Below are positions 1 to 14,580 of a stretch of DNA of 64,000 bases, piece by piece. A model generated the notes under the pieces. That model had not been told where the DNA came from, made no database searches, and was given only the letters and a program-made list of their open reading frames with translations. The position numbers and the translations under genes were made by a program. The stretch's first letter is position 1. Every line of letters begins with the position of its first letter. Origin of the DNA: Dendrobates tinctorius. Taxonomy: Eukaryota. Location of the stretch: the NCBI RefSeq assembly GCF_039654945.1, contig NW_027361738.1, positions 9,858,001-9,922,000 on the forward strand, given 5' to 3'.

Positions 1-289
1 TGTGAATAACACTCTGCTGTGTATATATATTTCATTATTTCATTGCATTAGAATAAGAATTCTAGGAATATTCGAACGCTTTTATATTGTGTTCAAAATG
101 GCTGCTGCACCTCAGATTTAATGGTTTAAGCAGATTTTATTGCTTGGCAGTGAGATGAAAAGAGAAACAGAAGGGGCAGTGTCTTAGTGTCTGCCTCAGT
201 ATCCCTGTTACATTTCACAGGCCCCCAGATAATTACATGCCTAAAGCAAGGCACAATTCTCTCACTTTCTCCTTTTTCATACAACTATA

Positions 290-325
<36 letters not shown>

Positions 326-610
326 CTATACATCTGTCATCTATATTTCTGCGAGTGGATAAAAAAATCCACAGTTTTTCACTTGGATTCTTTGAATGCT
401 GCCTCCATTTTGCTAAATAAACAACAACAAAAGCAAGCAGGTATAAAATATTGTTAACAAGAAAAGATTGAGGTAATATAAAATATACAGCAGTTTGGCA
501 TGTGTGATTACATGGATACAACACACACTTACTTTTAGGTCTATCTATCTACCTATCTATCTATCTTTCTATCTATGTATTATCTATCTATCTTTCTATC
601 TATCTATATA

Positions 611-850
611 GAAAAAAAAAACAGATCTCAGCACAAACTTGAGCAGATTTTGGGTGCAATAGTCCTGAATAATGCGGTTGTCCAACGAGAAAATATAAAT
701 AGAAAAAAAACAGGCAGCACTCGAGTTAAAGGAAAAATTGTGGACTTTAATCCAGCGCCAAGTGGGGCAACGTTTCGACCTCACAGCAAGGTCTTTGTCA
801 AGCACAGCACCAAATGGCGCTGGATTAAAGTCCACAATTTTTCCTTTAAC
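611..850 (-). mobile_element. Penelope-like (PLE) pseudo-LTR remnant with inverted arms and a hammerhead-like core, abutting (TATC)n; truncated by an N gap
   Basis: Perfect 36-bp inverted repeat 725-760/815-850 and GCAGCACTC end motif. Minus-strand core TTGACAAA-GACCT-loop-AGGTC-GAAACGTT at 769-801. Confidence 0.7.
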
Positions 851-1753
851 NNNNNNNNNNNNNNNNNNNNNNNNNNNNNNNNNNNNNNNNNNNNNNNNNN
901 NNNNNNNNNNNNNNNNNNNNNNNNNNNNNNNNNNNNNNNNNNNNNNNNNNNNNNNNNNNNNNNNNNNNNNNNNNNNNNNNNNNNNNNNNCATAAATTAAC
1001 TGACTATTAAAACTATAGTTAAAGGTATAGGACCACACAAACTCATCCCACATATTTACAGCTAGGCAGAAATATTAATAGTGTTCATTTAAAAAAAAAA
1101 AAAAAAAAAAAAAAACAAAACAAGAAATCCCACAGTTGTGATCTTCCCCTCCCTCATCCTAAATTTTACTACACATTTCACAGTCATGACTGTATACCCC
1201 TCCTATCGATTATCGCTAGATTCATAAAGAAGCATAAATGCAGACATCCAGGTGGGAGAGGCACAAGACATCCTTCTTTTGCTCCCTTGATGTCTTCTGG
1301 TCGCCATTACAGCCCATGTGGCGTCAGAGTTGCACATTCTTCCAGGTATTTACAGTGGGGTTTATAGCCACGAAGGGAGAGGCTGATGGAAGAATTCCTG
1401 AGCTTGGGCCATAAAACGCTGCATAGCATTCAGATAAGAAGCTTTATACGTCAGTTTTTCACATAATACCACATGATTGATGGAATGAGACATATTTTAA
1501 TCCAGATGTAATTTCTGTTGTTCCTGACTTGTTATATAAGAATATATATTGCTATATGTCTGCTGTTTATCCAGCACAGAACACAGACATATGTGCAGGA
1601 AGGAGGGGCAATATCTGGGCTGCATTTATAAGGAGCACTCCTCTAAGTACTTGGTGTTTTGTGTGAACTCAAATCAGCCATGTAAATGATAGCCACACAC
1701 ACACATATGTATATATATGTTACTACATGTTGCACTATATAATGCATATATAT

Positions 1754-1804
<51 letters not shown>

Positions 1805-1805
<1 letters not shown>

Positions 1806-1875
1806 CTCAAAAAATTGAAGGGGACACTAAAAGTTGGATCAGCCTGTAATTTGTTCCCTTTATTTTTTTTGAGCA

Positions 1876-1878
<3 letters not shown>
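1805..1878. mobile_element. TIR-only Tc1/mariner mini-element (copy 1) inside (TA)n
   Basis: Inverted ends gctcaaaaaattgaaggggacact...tgttccctttattttttttgagcagtg, flanked on both sides by (TA)n. Confidence 0.7.
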
Positions 1879-1925
<47 letters not shown>

Positions 1926-1950
1926 GCACACATACATATATACACATATA

Positions 1951-2027
1951 TACTGCTCAAAAGAGTAAAGGAGGCACTTAACCAACACAATGTACTAAGA
2001 TGTGTTCCCTTTATTTTTTGAGCAGTA
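1951..2027. mobile_element. TIR-only Tc1/mariner mini-element (copy 2)
   Basis: tactgctcaaaagagtaaaggaggcactt...gtgttccctttattttttgagcagta with TA flanks. Confidence 0.75.
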
Positions 2028-2459
2028 TATAATCTTATTTCTATCTATACATAAGCATGTAGCTATATATTTTAATAATGGAAATATGCTACTTTTTATT
2101 TTAGGTAAGTCTTTATGTAAATATTTAATTGCTTTGTAACTAAAAAAAATATATATTCATAAATGATCAATAATAATATTTATTTATTTATTCGACTGGC
2201 CTAACTATAAATTATTTCTGCACATTTCCTGGATGATCCCTCTTCATTATCTGTGGATTCTTATCCACCGACATGGGTAATATATAGGAAATTGCAGACA
2301 CTGGTTCATTGCTGTAGTAAAGGAGCCTCAGTTCTCACCTTCATGCACTGTGTTGTATATATATATATTTGTGTTGTATACAGGTCTGGGATGGGAAGCT
2401 GTGAGCTCCTTGGAAGTTTGCAGCCTCAGTCCCCATCCCAGGGGAGTCCCATGTAAACT

Positions 2460-2615
2460 CCTTCCTATTGGCTACTGAATGATCAGCTGCTTATATTTGC
2501 CTGTGTCGCTTTTGGCTCCTGGCCATCCAGAAACAAACCAGTTCGATGACTACTAATAGTTATAGCTGGATGTTCTAATACACAACAAATCACAGGACTA
2601 GAGAGTGCAGAGCCA
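2460..2615 (+). promoter_or_regulatory. HoxA6 proximal promoter/5' leader
   Basis: Inverted CCAAT (ATTGG) and E-box CAGCTG in non-repetitive sequence directly upstream of the ATG. Confidence 0.5.
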
Positions 2616-4439
<1,824 letters not shown>

Positions 4440-5582
4440 TCAGAAGGCCTCCCCTCATTCACCTTCCATACTATTGTCAGCGCCCATCTGATCTGCTGCA
4501 CCCATTTTACTACATAGCCGGGACCATGTCATTTTTTTTAGTGAAGCATAAATATAATTTTCATGAGAAAAATGTCTATAAATATGCAAAACCTTCATGT
4601 GTGAATTTCAGCATTGGATGAAATGTAATGAACCCACAAAACTAGCTTGTGACCCTCTCCTGCAGTGATGGCAGTCTGCAGCCATATCTGCCACAACATT
4701 GTGCACAAAGAAGGAGAAAAAGAATCCGGAAAGCTGAGGTCATCCTGTTTTCTGCAGCCTCTGGACAGAATGTTACTGTCAGCTGCATTGTACATGTAAC
4801 AATAATATTTACAGCCTCTCATTGTTGCTAATCGGGATTACAAGGCAACGATCGTCCTGGAAAAAGGAAATGCAGTGAGAGCATGGCTGAGATTTCTGAC
4901 TACTACTTATCATAGGGATCTCTACACAAAGGCTGGAGAAGAGAAAATACCCCCAAATCTATTGCCATCTAAGAATCTCACTTTAGAGAATTATATTTCA
5001 TTTCTTTATTAAATTATTACATTGAATTTCAACTCTGATGTCATTGTTACAGTGAGGAAATAAATATGTTTCATTGTCTATATATTTTATTTTACATTTT
5101 CACACTGTCCTTAATGAGGAAAAAAACACACCAATGGAAAATTATTATTATTATTATTATTATTATAGCCAGTTTAGCTAATAGAAAATAAACTACAAAA
5201 TCCCTAAACTATTGACGATCTGCTAAGATCAGGTCAGTGCTGTGAGAGACAACCGATTTCCTTTCAGTCTGTTTCTAGATTTCCCACCATTACAGACTTA
5301 TAGGTAATATAGATATATAAATATTTAAGATAGAAAATTAAATAAGTTTATTTTGGAATAAATAGCAACAGCAGCATTTATGGAGCAATTTCTCGGTATT
5401 AATCTGCTTGTTTGTGAACTGTGGCTGCTTGAGCCGGTACATTTGGTATTCACTAATGGAAGCTGTGAGGGGAATGCAATAATTTTTCTGTAATGGGATG
5501 TAACCTCAATTCGACCCCGGCCCTGCAGTCCCCTCTTTTTTTTTTTCACTCGGTGAAGAGACTTGTAATAACAGCGAAGTGA

Positions 5583-5598
5583 CCAGACGGTGGCGCTA
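5583..5598 (+). promoter_or_regulatory. CTCF-like motif between HoxA6 and HoxA5 (candidate C5|6 boundary site)
   Basis: CCAGACGGTGGCGCTA matches CCASYAGRKGGCRS at 12/14, in a CpG-rich patch at the position where a CTCF boundary is known in mammalian HoxA. Confidence 0.55.
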
Positions 5599-5680
5599 GA
5601 GTCTGACCAAAAGTGTGCCGCCAGCTGCGGGAGCGCGCAGGGATGCTCGCCCCCTCCAGCATCCTCCCAGCTCCCCCAAC

Positions 5681-5868
5681 NNNNNNNNNNNNNNNNNNNN
5701 NNNNNNNNNNNNNNNNNNNNNNNNNNNNNNNNNNNNNNNNNNNNNNNNNNNNNNNNNNNNNNNNNNNNNNNNNNNNNNNNNNNNNNNNNNNNNNNNNNNN
5801 NNNNNNNNNNNNNNNNNNNNNNNNNNNNNNNNNNNNNNNNNNNNNNNNNNNNNNNNNNNNNNNNNNNN
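5681..5868. other. Assembly gap just upstream of HoxA5; other gaps at 851-989, 20253-20404, 20411-20552, 20681-20829, 23077-23858 and 34691-34834
   Basis: Runs of N. Confidence 1.
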
Positions 5869-5901
5869 CCACAAATCAAGCACACACATATCAAAAAACA
5901 A

Positions 5902-7268
<1,367 letters not shown>

Positions 7269-8449
7269 ATGTTTCCAGGCATTACAGTATTGTCACCATA
7301 GACTTTCTAGGACTCTTGTGTGTGACTTCAGTGAAGAAACCTGTTTTGTCCCCCCCCCCATATACTATCCAGTCCTCGATGACCCCCCTTCAGCCGGAGG
7401 AATATAGCTGCAGCTGCTTTATGTATATGTTTTGTTTTGGATGGCAATGTCTTGACAATTGTAAATGTTTTAACTTATTTGACTTGTGTAAAACGCTAAG
7501 TGTTACTTGAAGTAACAGAACAAAAAAAAAACAACAAAATGTTTATTTCTAATGTTCTGTGTTGCATTCAATTTTGCAAAAAAAAAAAAAACGAAGCTGT
7601 AAATGTTTGTGAAGTGTAACTATGTTTGAATACTACATTTCCAGATAATACTACCTATGTGAATAATATGTTGTAGAGGTGACTCGTGTTGTTAGTGTGG
7701 TGAGTAGTGACACAAACTGTGATCCCCAGCAGTCTGTCCTAGCTGTGCCTTTTTGTATCTCATGATGACTCTGCACGACCTCTTGTAAAGTGGCTGCACT
7801 GGCAGCTAAAGTGTATGTAATATTATGTGTTTGTTCAGAAAGTTAACGATAATATAGTCCAGCTTGGCTGTTTAAGCAATTGCTATATATATTTTTTTTT
7901 TGTAATTTTTTTCATGAAAAAACTATGACTGGAAAAAAAAATAAACTTTCTACTAAAAATACAGATTTTTGTGATCCAATAATTATTTGGGGTTTGTTTG
8001 ATTAATTAATTACTTACATATATATATATTAAAAACATGTGGTATGGGTGATGTTACTGGTGGAAAATGACAAATGCACAAAAATGAATTAATTTAATTA
8101 AAATTGTAACAGTGTTGTGAGAGAGATGATACCTATATAGTATAATGGTACAATGCACATAGATGAAAAAAATGTGCACTTAAGCTGGGTTTTAATTTTC
8201 AGACTTCTTTTATATTTTGTTTACTTTTTGTTCTAATAACTGTTATCTTAAAGAAACCAGTGTCAGTCATTGACTATGTAAGATAGTGTCTGCAGTCTGT
8301 TTCTAGATGGGTTCCAATAAGTTCCCCCAAGGTCTTTCAGGCTTGGACTTACCTTACCTGAGCTTGACTGTAACTCTTCTCAGCCTGTAATGGAAATGGA
8401 AAGAGCTCCCTTTGCTAAATGCTTACATTCTTGCCTTCCCTAAGTTATA

Positions 8450-8785
8450 TCACAGTAAACTTTATAAGCCTCAGTTCCGGCTATGTGACATTTGGTTGCC
8501 AAATGAATAGGGTTTTGTCTATGAATTAGATCGTAAAATCCTCCATAGCACAGACAGATAGGCTCACTGGCTATAAAATGTCACGTGGGGCTATTAAAGT
8601 AAGTTTTATGGTTTTGGGGAGTAGACGTCCAACATTATATACCACATATCATATAATCTCACTCATGCTGGACATCACTTGGCTTCTAGCAGGACACCCC
8701 AGGCTGCAAGCATCACTTTCATGGCAGCTCTCTGTAGCTCAGAGCTCCTCACCTTGGTATGATATCTACTCACTTGCAGTTTAAG
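8450..8785 (+). promoter_or_regulatory. Hox5/4 intergenic element: distal promoter plus candidate non-coding first exon
   Basis: Contains TCGTAAA and TTTTATGG (Hox/Cdx sites), GGCTATAAAA (TATA-like, about 8570) and E-box TCACGTG. A perfect donor AAG|GTGAGT follows at 8785/8786. Confidence 0.65.
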
Positions 8786-9553
8786 GTGAGTTCTATATGA
8801 ACTTCTGCACTCATGACTTAGAATAATTTGCATGTTTAGCTCTCATTGTGCTTTGGTATACTTGGACACTTTCCTCCATCCATGCCCTGCCATATTACCT
8901 CCACAGTGTAATCATAGCTAACTATAACAATGTTCAAGTTGTTTATTTTATACTGACTAGTCATTCTCTGTAAAGGTCTGTTAAGTATTTAGATAGATTT
9001 TGGGTTTGCATAAAAAGTCAAGAACTGATTACCAGAGCTGCCAGTCTCCTCTTCTGTATTCTCCTTTGAACCCCAGTCACACCAGGCTGGTACTTACCTT
9101 CTAATAAACACTATTCAGTTCAACCAAGTCCTTATCTGTCCATGAGTGAAAGTGGCCAATATCAAAGGAAGCCCAGAAAGAAAGTGAAATCCCCCTGAAG
9201 ATACAGGCGATGTTTCTGGGGAAGACTTTGGATAGGCCCCAGCTGTGTGGTTACTTCACACACTTTTAGTGTCAATAGTGGCTTCACACTGCACTGTCAT
9301 TAGCACACGAGGACATTTGGGAAAGGATTTCACATTACACTTTGAGATTCAGAGCTGAAACTTTACCTTTATTTAGCAGATCCACAAAGGAAAAGTGTTT
9401 GGGATAATTTTGTGTGTGAGGTCCTGGGTGAGAACCAAAACTTCTCCATCTCCAACTGCAGGTAACCCGTTCAGTTGTTGGTAGATCCGCAGATTTAGGA
9501 ACTGATAGTTGGTGTTTTTTTGTTAGTGATCTCTGGGCGAAAGTTCAAACAAA

Positions 9554-9571
9554 GTCATAAACTTTTATGGC
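9554..9571. promoter_or_regulatory. Paired inverted Cdx/Hox sites 3' of HoxA5
   Basis: GTCATAAACTTTTATGGC carries two opposed TTTATG cores. A Cdx-dependent mesodermal enhancer is known 3' of mouse Hoxa5. Confidence 0.4.
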
Positions 9572-9790
9572 ACTGACACTAGGAACATTTGGTCAGTGTT
9601 TCCTTTCTGCTTTGTGATTGTTTTCTGAATTTCTTTAACATCCAAATTAGCATAAAATATCACCCCAATATAACTGCCACACAGGGGCTTCTCAAGGGAC
9701 TCTGTTATTTCTAAAGACAAAATTGCAGCAACTGTTGCTATATTTTACTGGCCCTATAGCAAAATAATTTGTATGTATGTGTAAAATATC

Positions 9791-9826
<36 letters not shown>

Positions 9827-10784
9827 CTTCTACTTACCCATCTATACGTATTTTCCTTTTGTCTCTTTTTTTTTGTCCGTATCTGTCCCTTTCTGTCTAG
9901 ATTCTTTCTTTCTCTTTCTTCTCTTGCCTTTTAAAATTATTAAATATTTACATATTTCTAACTACAATTTAATTGATCCTGTAAGTGTCTGTTCCAGTCA
10001 ACTATCCTTGTATCATCTAGTCATCCATCCAACTAATAATCCATCCATCCATCCTTCCTTCCCTCTATAATATATCTATTTTGTATAAAATATAATTTAT
10101 TAATATAACTGTCTACATTCCTACTTATATATGCTCTATTACTTGTATTCATCTGTATTTCCCACTTTATTTATTTCAGCAAATAGTATGAAATATTCAG
10201 TATATCCACATTGATTGTACATCTCACTAGCTGATCCTAATTTAGAAACCCCCAAAAATGCTAAAAGGTTTGAGCGTGCGTATGTGTGTGTGCATATATA
10301 TGTATGTGTATATGTATATGCGTGTCTGTGTATATTTGTGTGTGTTCCTCATACATCTTGTAAAGGCTGAGATTTTTTAAAAAGAAATATGAACTACACT
10401 TTTCTAACTAACTGTACATATTGGTGTCCACTGTTCATGTTCAGCTCATTTTACAATTGTCGTTGAAACATCCAAATATTCTTTTTTTTATTTTAATTAG
10501 TTAAGTAATAAAGTAATTAACTTATTGTTTAGTTTGCCATATACTTTTTTTTTCTAAAGGATGGATAATTTGTGTAGAGTTGGTTAAACTGCACAATATT
10601 TGACAATACAATTTACAAAAAAAATATATAAATACTTTTTATACAGGTGGTCAAACTGATAGAAAGCTCTTATATCTGTGCATTGTTCGTATTTGTTTGT
10701 TCATGTGAAATATAAGGGTTGAAACATTTTTAATGGGTTAAAAAAACCTTTTATTTAAAGAAATACGAAAGCACCATTGTTCAG

Positions 10785-10838
<54 letters not shown>

Positions 10839-12129
10839 AGACTTTTCTATATTTTTGCTGCACAGTTGAATTAGTGATAGAATTGTACCTGCCATGTACA
10901 CAAGACTACATACAACATAAAAAGGTTTAAATAATTATCATTTTATATTACTTTATTCGCATTATTTGCTTTCAAATATACCTTTTTTATATCATTTATT
11001 TATTTGAAAATAATATTTACTCAACGTTGCTGTTCAAACAATTGCAATTCTGTGGAGCAGCCCTCGCTTAAGGTGAAGACTGTCAGAGCTTAACAAATCA
11101 CAGCTCCCTCAGTTCACTGCCAGGTTAAGTAAATGCAGAGAAAGATAAATCTGCAAAGCTTAGTATCACCAGCAGAGCTCGCTTCAGACCAAGTTCACCG
11201 ACAACACTGCTAGGCAAAGCTTTTTTCCTTTCTCCTTCCTACTTTTTTTTTCTTATAAGAAACTCTTTCAGAGAACATAAAGCAATCAGCAATGAAACCC
11301 TAATTTGCAAGTTGGATCAGCAGTCTCTTGTAGAATTGTAATAATAGGTTTCATGGGCAGCTCCATTATCATTGCATTTTAATGGTTTTGCTATGTTTAA
11401 TACACTTTAAGTATATATATTCACACCAGCATAAAAGTATTACCCTATATTAGTAGCACAGCAGCACGAGTTTGTGTGTATTCGTGGTTAAATATATATG
11501 TATGTGTGTGCTGTGCTGTATGTGATCCTAGGAGCCTGTGCATGCATAGTATACCAGGAGGTCAAAAAGTTGGAGGTCAAAAGTTTAGTCTTTGCGCTGC
11601 CCCAAGTCATCATCTATCCAGACAAAGTTGGATGTCAATGTTATATAGTGGACATTCTGCCCATCAGCACAGAAGATAAAGAGGGTTTTGCGTTCCCCCA
11701 GCATCATAGACTGGACTCCTGTTGAACCCTAGCGCTTAAATGACCCTAATTACCAATGCAAGGATAGAAAAATGATTCCTTTCAACGGTAGGAGCTGGAT
11801 TTCATCTGAAGCCATCCACACTATGGGCTGAAAGAAGTTGTTCCATATGGAGTAGGTAGAAGAACAAAAAAAAAGTGCGCAGCAGAAAGTTGTGATAGTC
11901 AATGTTTTTATTTCAGGAAGGAAAGTTACAATCAAACAATATTACAAATACAAAAATAATTCTATTAATAAAGCACACGATTTTAAAATATGCTGCATTA
12001 AACAAGAAAAATGGCTCCATACATGTTGCCAGCATATTATTATATCCTATGCATAATTTTTATTGAATTTCTGACACTATACAAACTGATGATTAAATTA
12101 TATATATAAATACATATATTAAAATCCAA

Positions 12130-12300
12130 TTTATATCCAACCTTATTGCATTGGAGTGCTGCAGCAATTATTTTGCTGTATATATATATATATATATACA
12201 GCAACAATGGAGGCGTCACTTCAATGCAATAAGGTTGGACATAAAGTGGATTATTAATGCCCCGTAATGGCATCGTTTTGGTCCACATCAGGACTATATA
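12130..12300. mobile_element. Degenerate PLE pLTR inverted pair around (TA)n
   Basis: Arms ttatatccaaccttattgcattggagtgctgc and gcgtcacttcaatgcaataaggttggacataa share the GGAGTGCTGC end motif of the 14.4-kb element. A decayed cgttttggtcc..ggact follows. Confidence 0.55.
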
Positions 12301-12322
12301 TTTCTATATCGGCTTAAGAAAG

Positions 12323-12391
<69 letters not shown>

Positions 12392-13176
12392 GATGGATAG
12401 ATAGATAAACAAATAAGTAGATATGTATCTCAGTTCCTAAATAATAATAATAACTTCATATTAATAATAATAATTTCACATTTATTTAATTAAGAAGTAT
12501 TTGAACATAAACTTGGAATTTTTTAAAGATATTTTGTTATTGCACATTGTAATATTTTACACATTTGTAATTTACACATGGAGGTTTAGTAAAATTCTTA
12601 CAATTGATATAACAATTCTCTCATATTTAATGGAAAATATATATATGTATTTAAAGGAAGTTATAATGCATTTGACGGGAAGGATATTTTCCTGTTAGCA
12701 GTATTGGCAGATTTTTTTGTGTGTTTCCAGGCACTTTTTGCACAGTTGATGTGCGGTTGTTACCAACTTCCTGACCAATCATTAATCACGAATAAAATGT
12801 TTCCAGATTTCGTAAATTAGGACAGGATTTTCCTTTTTGGTAATGATTGCTCGATATAATAGTTAATTTCTGTTAATCTTCAGTCGCAATAAAGAACAAG
12901 TACAAGTTTAGTCTATATAGTAAGATAATATTGTAAGAGAAAAGCCAACATTGAGCAGCTCTGATAGTGTGTCCCCTGCCCACAGCCTCCTCCAGTGAGG
13001 TCACTAGGCTTCCTCAGAACCCCGACCAACAAGAGTGATGCATTTCATAACCCCTGTAATGTGTACTTTTCCATAATTTATTCTTAATTTTCTGTCACAA
13101 GAAGTGACCTGCTAGAAACTCCCTGCTGTCTAAAAGACACTTGCTGGACCTTTTAGAAAAGCTAAGTCCAAGGCCG

Positions 13177-13193
13177 AGGTGAACCTCAGGTCA
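13177..13193 (+). promoter_or_regulatory. DR5 RARE upstream of HoxA4
   Basis: AGGTGA-acctc-AGGTCA, about 3.4 kb 5' of the HoxA4 ATG; matches the known HoxA4 5' RARE type. Confidence 0.85.
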
Positions 13194-14386
13194 GCGAGTC
13201 TAACAAATATGAAAATGTCGCCTGGTGAACTGCAAGGCTCCTTATTTAACAAAGACTGTCAATGGGAAGATTAATACCAAACCAAATGCGCCCAGTGTCA
13301 CTTCTCGGTCACTTTGAAACCAACACCCAGTCCCTTGTAAAAGAAAACGACAAATTTATATCGAAAGAAACACAACCAAAAACTGAAAAGAAAAAGGAAC
13401 ATAGAAAAAAAAGTCACACTACCACACACACACAAAACACACACAACAACACACACACACAAAACACACACATAACACACAACAACACACACATACAACA
13501 CATACGTTATAAGTATTTGTATTAAAATATATATTTATATCTGTGTGAAAATAATAGTCTCTATCTGTTCTTTTTATTATAAGGGTTATATTTATAACAA
13601 TATCTACATATAACGCAGCTTTGTGATAAAGGTATGTATTCTTACCGATGGAATTATTATTGCTATTATAGTGGAGATTATTATCCATTTACGAAGATTA
13701 CTAACTGTTACATTTCTATATGTAGAGCAGTAATATTTGACCTCCTACCAAATGTGAGCCCGACATTGTTTTGAGCTGATTTGCCTCTTTGTGGCAGGGT
13801 TTAGTTAGCCATAAATCTTGCAGGAAAATGTTTAAATGTCTTCTAGTGAGATAACGCCTGGTGGTCTTGGCTCAATTCTTAATGATAACAAAACCTCAAA
13901 GACAACTAAACAGGCCTTTTGAAATTTACATAGTCACTTTCAGGCATTTTGCACCCACATTAAAAGCACATTTGCCTATATTGTTCTTCCAGTAAGTGCC
14001 AACCACAGGGAGATTTCACAGGGCAGAGAGACAATCTGGCATTGCGCTCACAGGCAAATCTTCACATGTTGCAGAACTATATGTGAACAATCTGTATGGT
14101 GGACTCCATATTACAATAAAAGCTAGATTATAATTATATTTGTATCTATCTGTTTTCAGTCTGAGCTGAGTGCGACATAATTCATTAGAAATCTGTTGGC
14201 AAAAAAAATCTTAGCATTTGTAACACTAAAAACAGTTACTACACTCAATAAACTAAGCTTCACTACACGTACCTAGATGATATAGATAGGTGATAGATAG
14301 ATATTATGTAGATAGATAATAGACAGAAAATAGATAGATAATGTATATAATAGATAGCTAGATATGGGATAGTACCAAACTTCACG

Positions 14387-14580
14387 CTATAGTCCAAAAG
14401 AACGAATGCAGCACTCCAATAGAAAAAAATAAGTGTGATTTATTGGCCCATGTGCGACGTTTCGGTCCAAGATGTGAGCTTGAGAAAGGCCCACATCTTG
14501 GACCGAAACATCACACATGGGCCAATAAATCACACCTATTTTTTCTATTGGAGTGCTGCCTTCGTTCTTTTGGACTATAG
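14387..14580 (+). mobile_element. Palindromic PLE pLTR remnant with hammerhead-like core, embedded in (GATA)n
   Basis: 194-bp near-perfect hairpin from ctatagtccaaaagaacgaa to ttcgttcttttggactatag. Contains GCAGCACTCCA/TGGAGTGCTGC, AATAAA, and the core TTGAGAAA-GGCCC-loop-GGACC-GAAAC at 14480-14512. Confidence 0.75.

Noticed and set aside
5590-5901. N-terminal extension of HoxA5 in the ORF track
   Set aside because: It runs through an N gap from a GTG; the conserved start is MSSYFVN at 5902. Similar non-ATG extensions for HoxA4, A3 and A2 were also rejected.
9464-9497. miR-10/miR-99-like fragments (AACCCGT...GTAGATCCG) between Hox5 and Hox4
   Set aside because: The mature-like sequence is interrupted and no complementary arm or hairpin is visible. 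No TACCCTGTAGA was seen in the HoxA5-A4 interval, consistent with HoxA lacking miR-10.
9535-9557. DR1/DR4-like half-sites (GGGCGA-a-AGTTCA-aaca-AAGTCA) as a thyroid or retinoid element
   Set aside because: Two of the three half-sites are imperfect, so it could occur by chance; conservation data would be needed.
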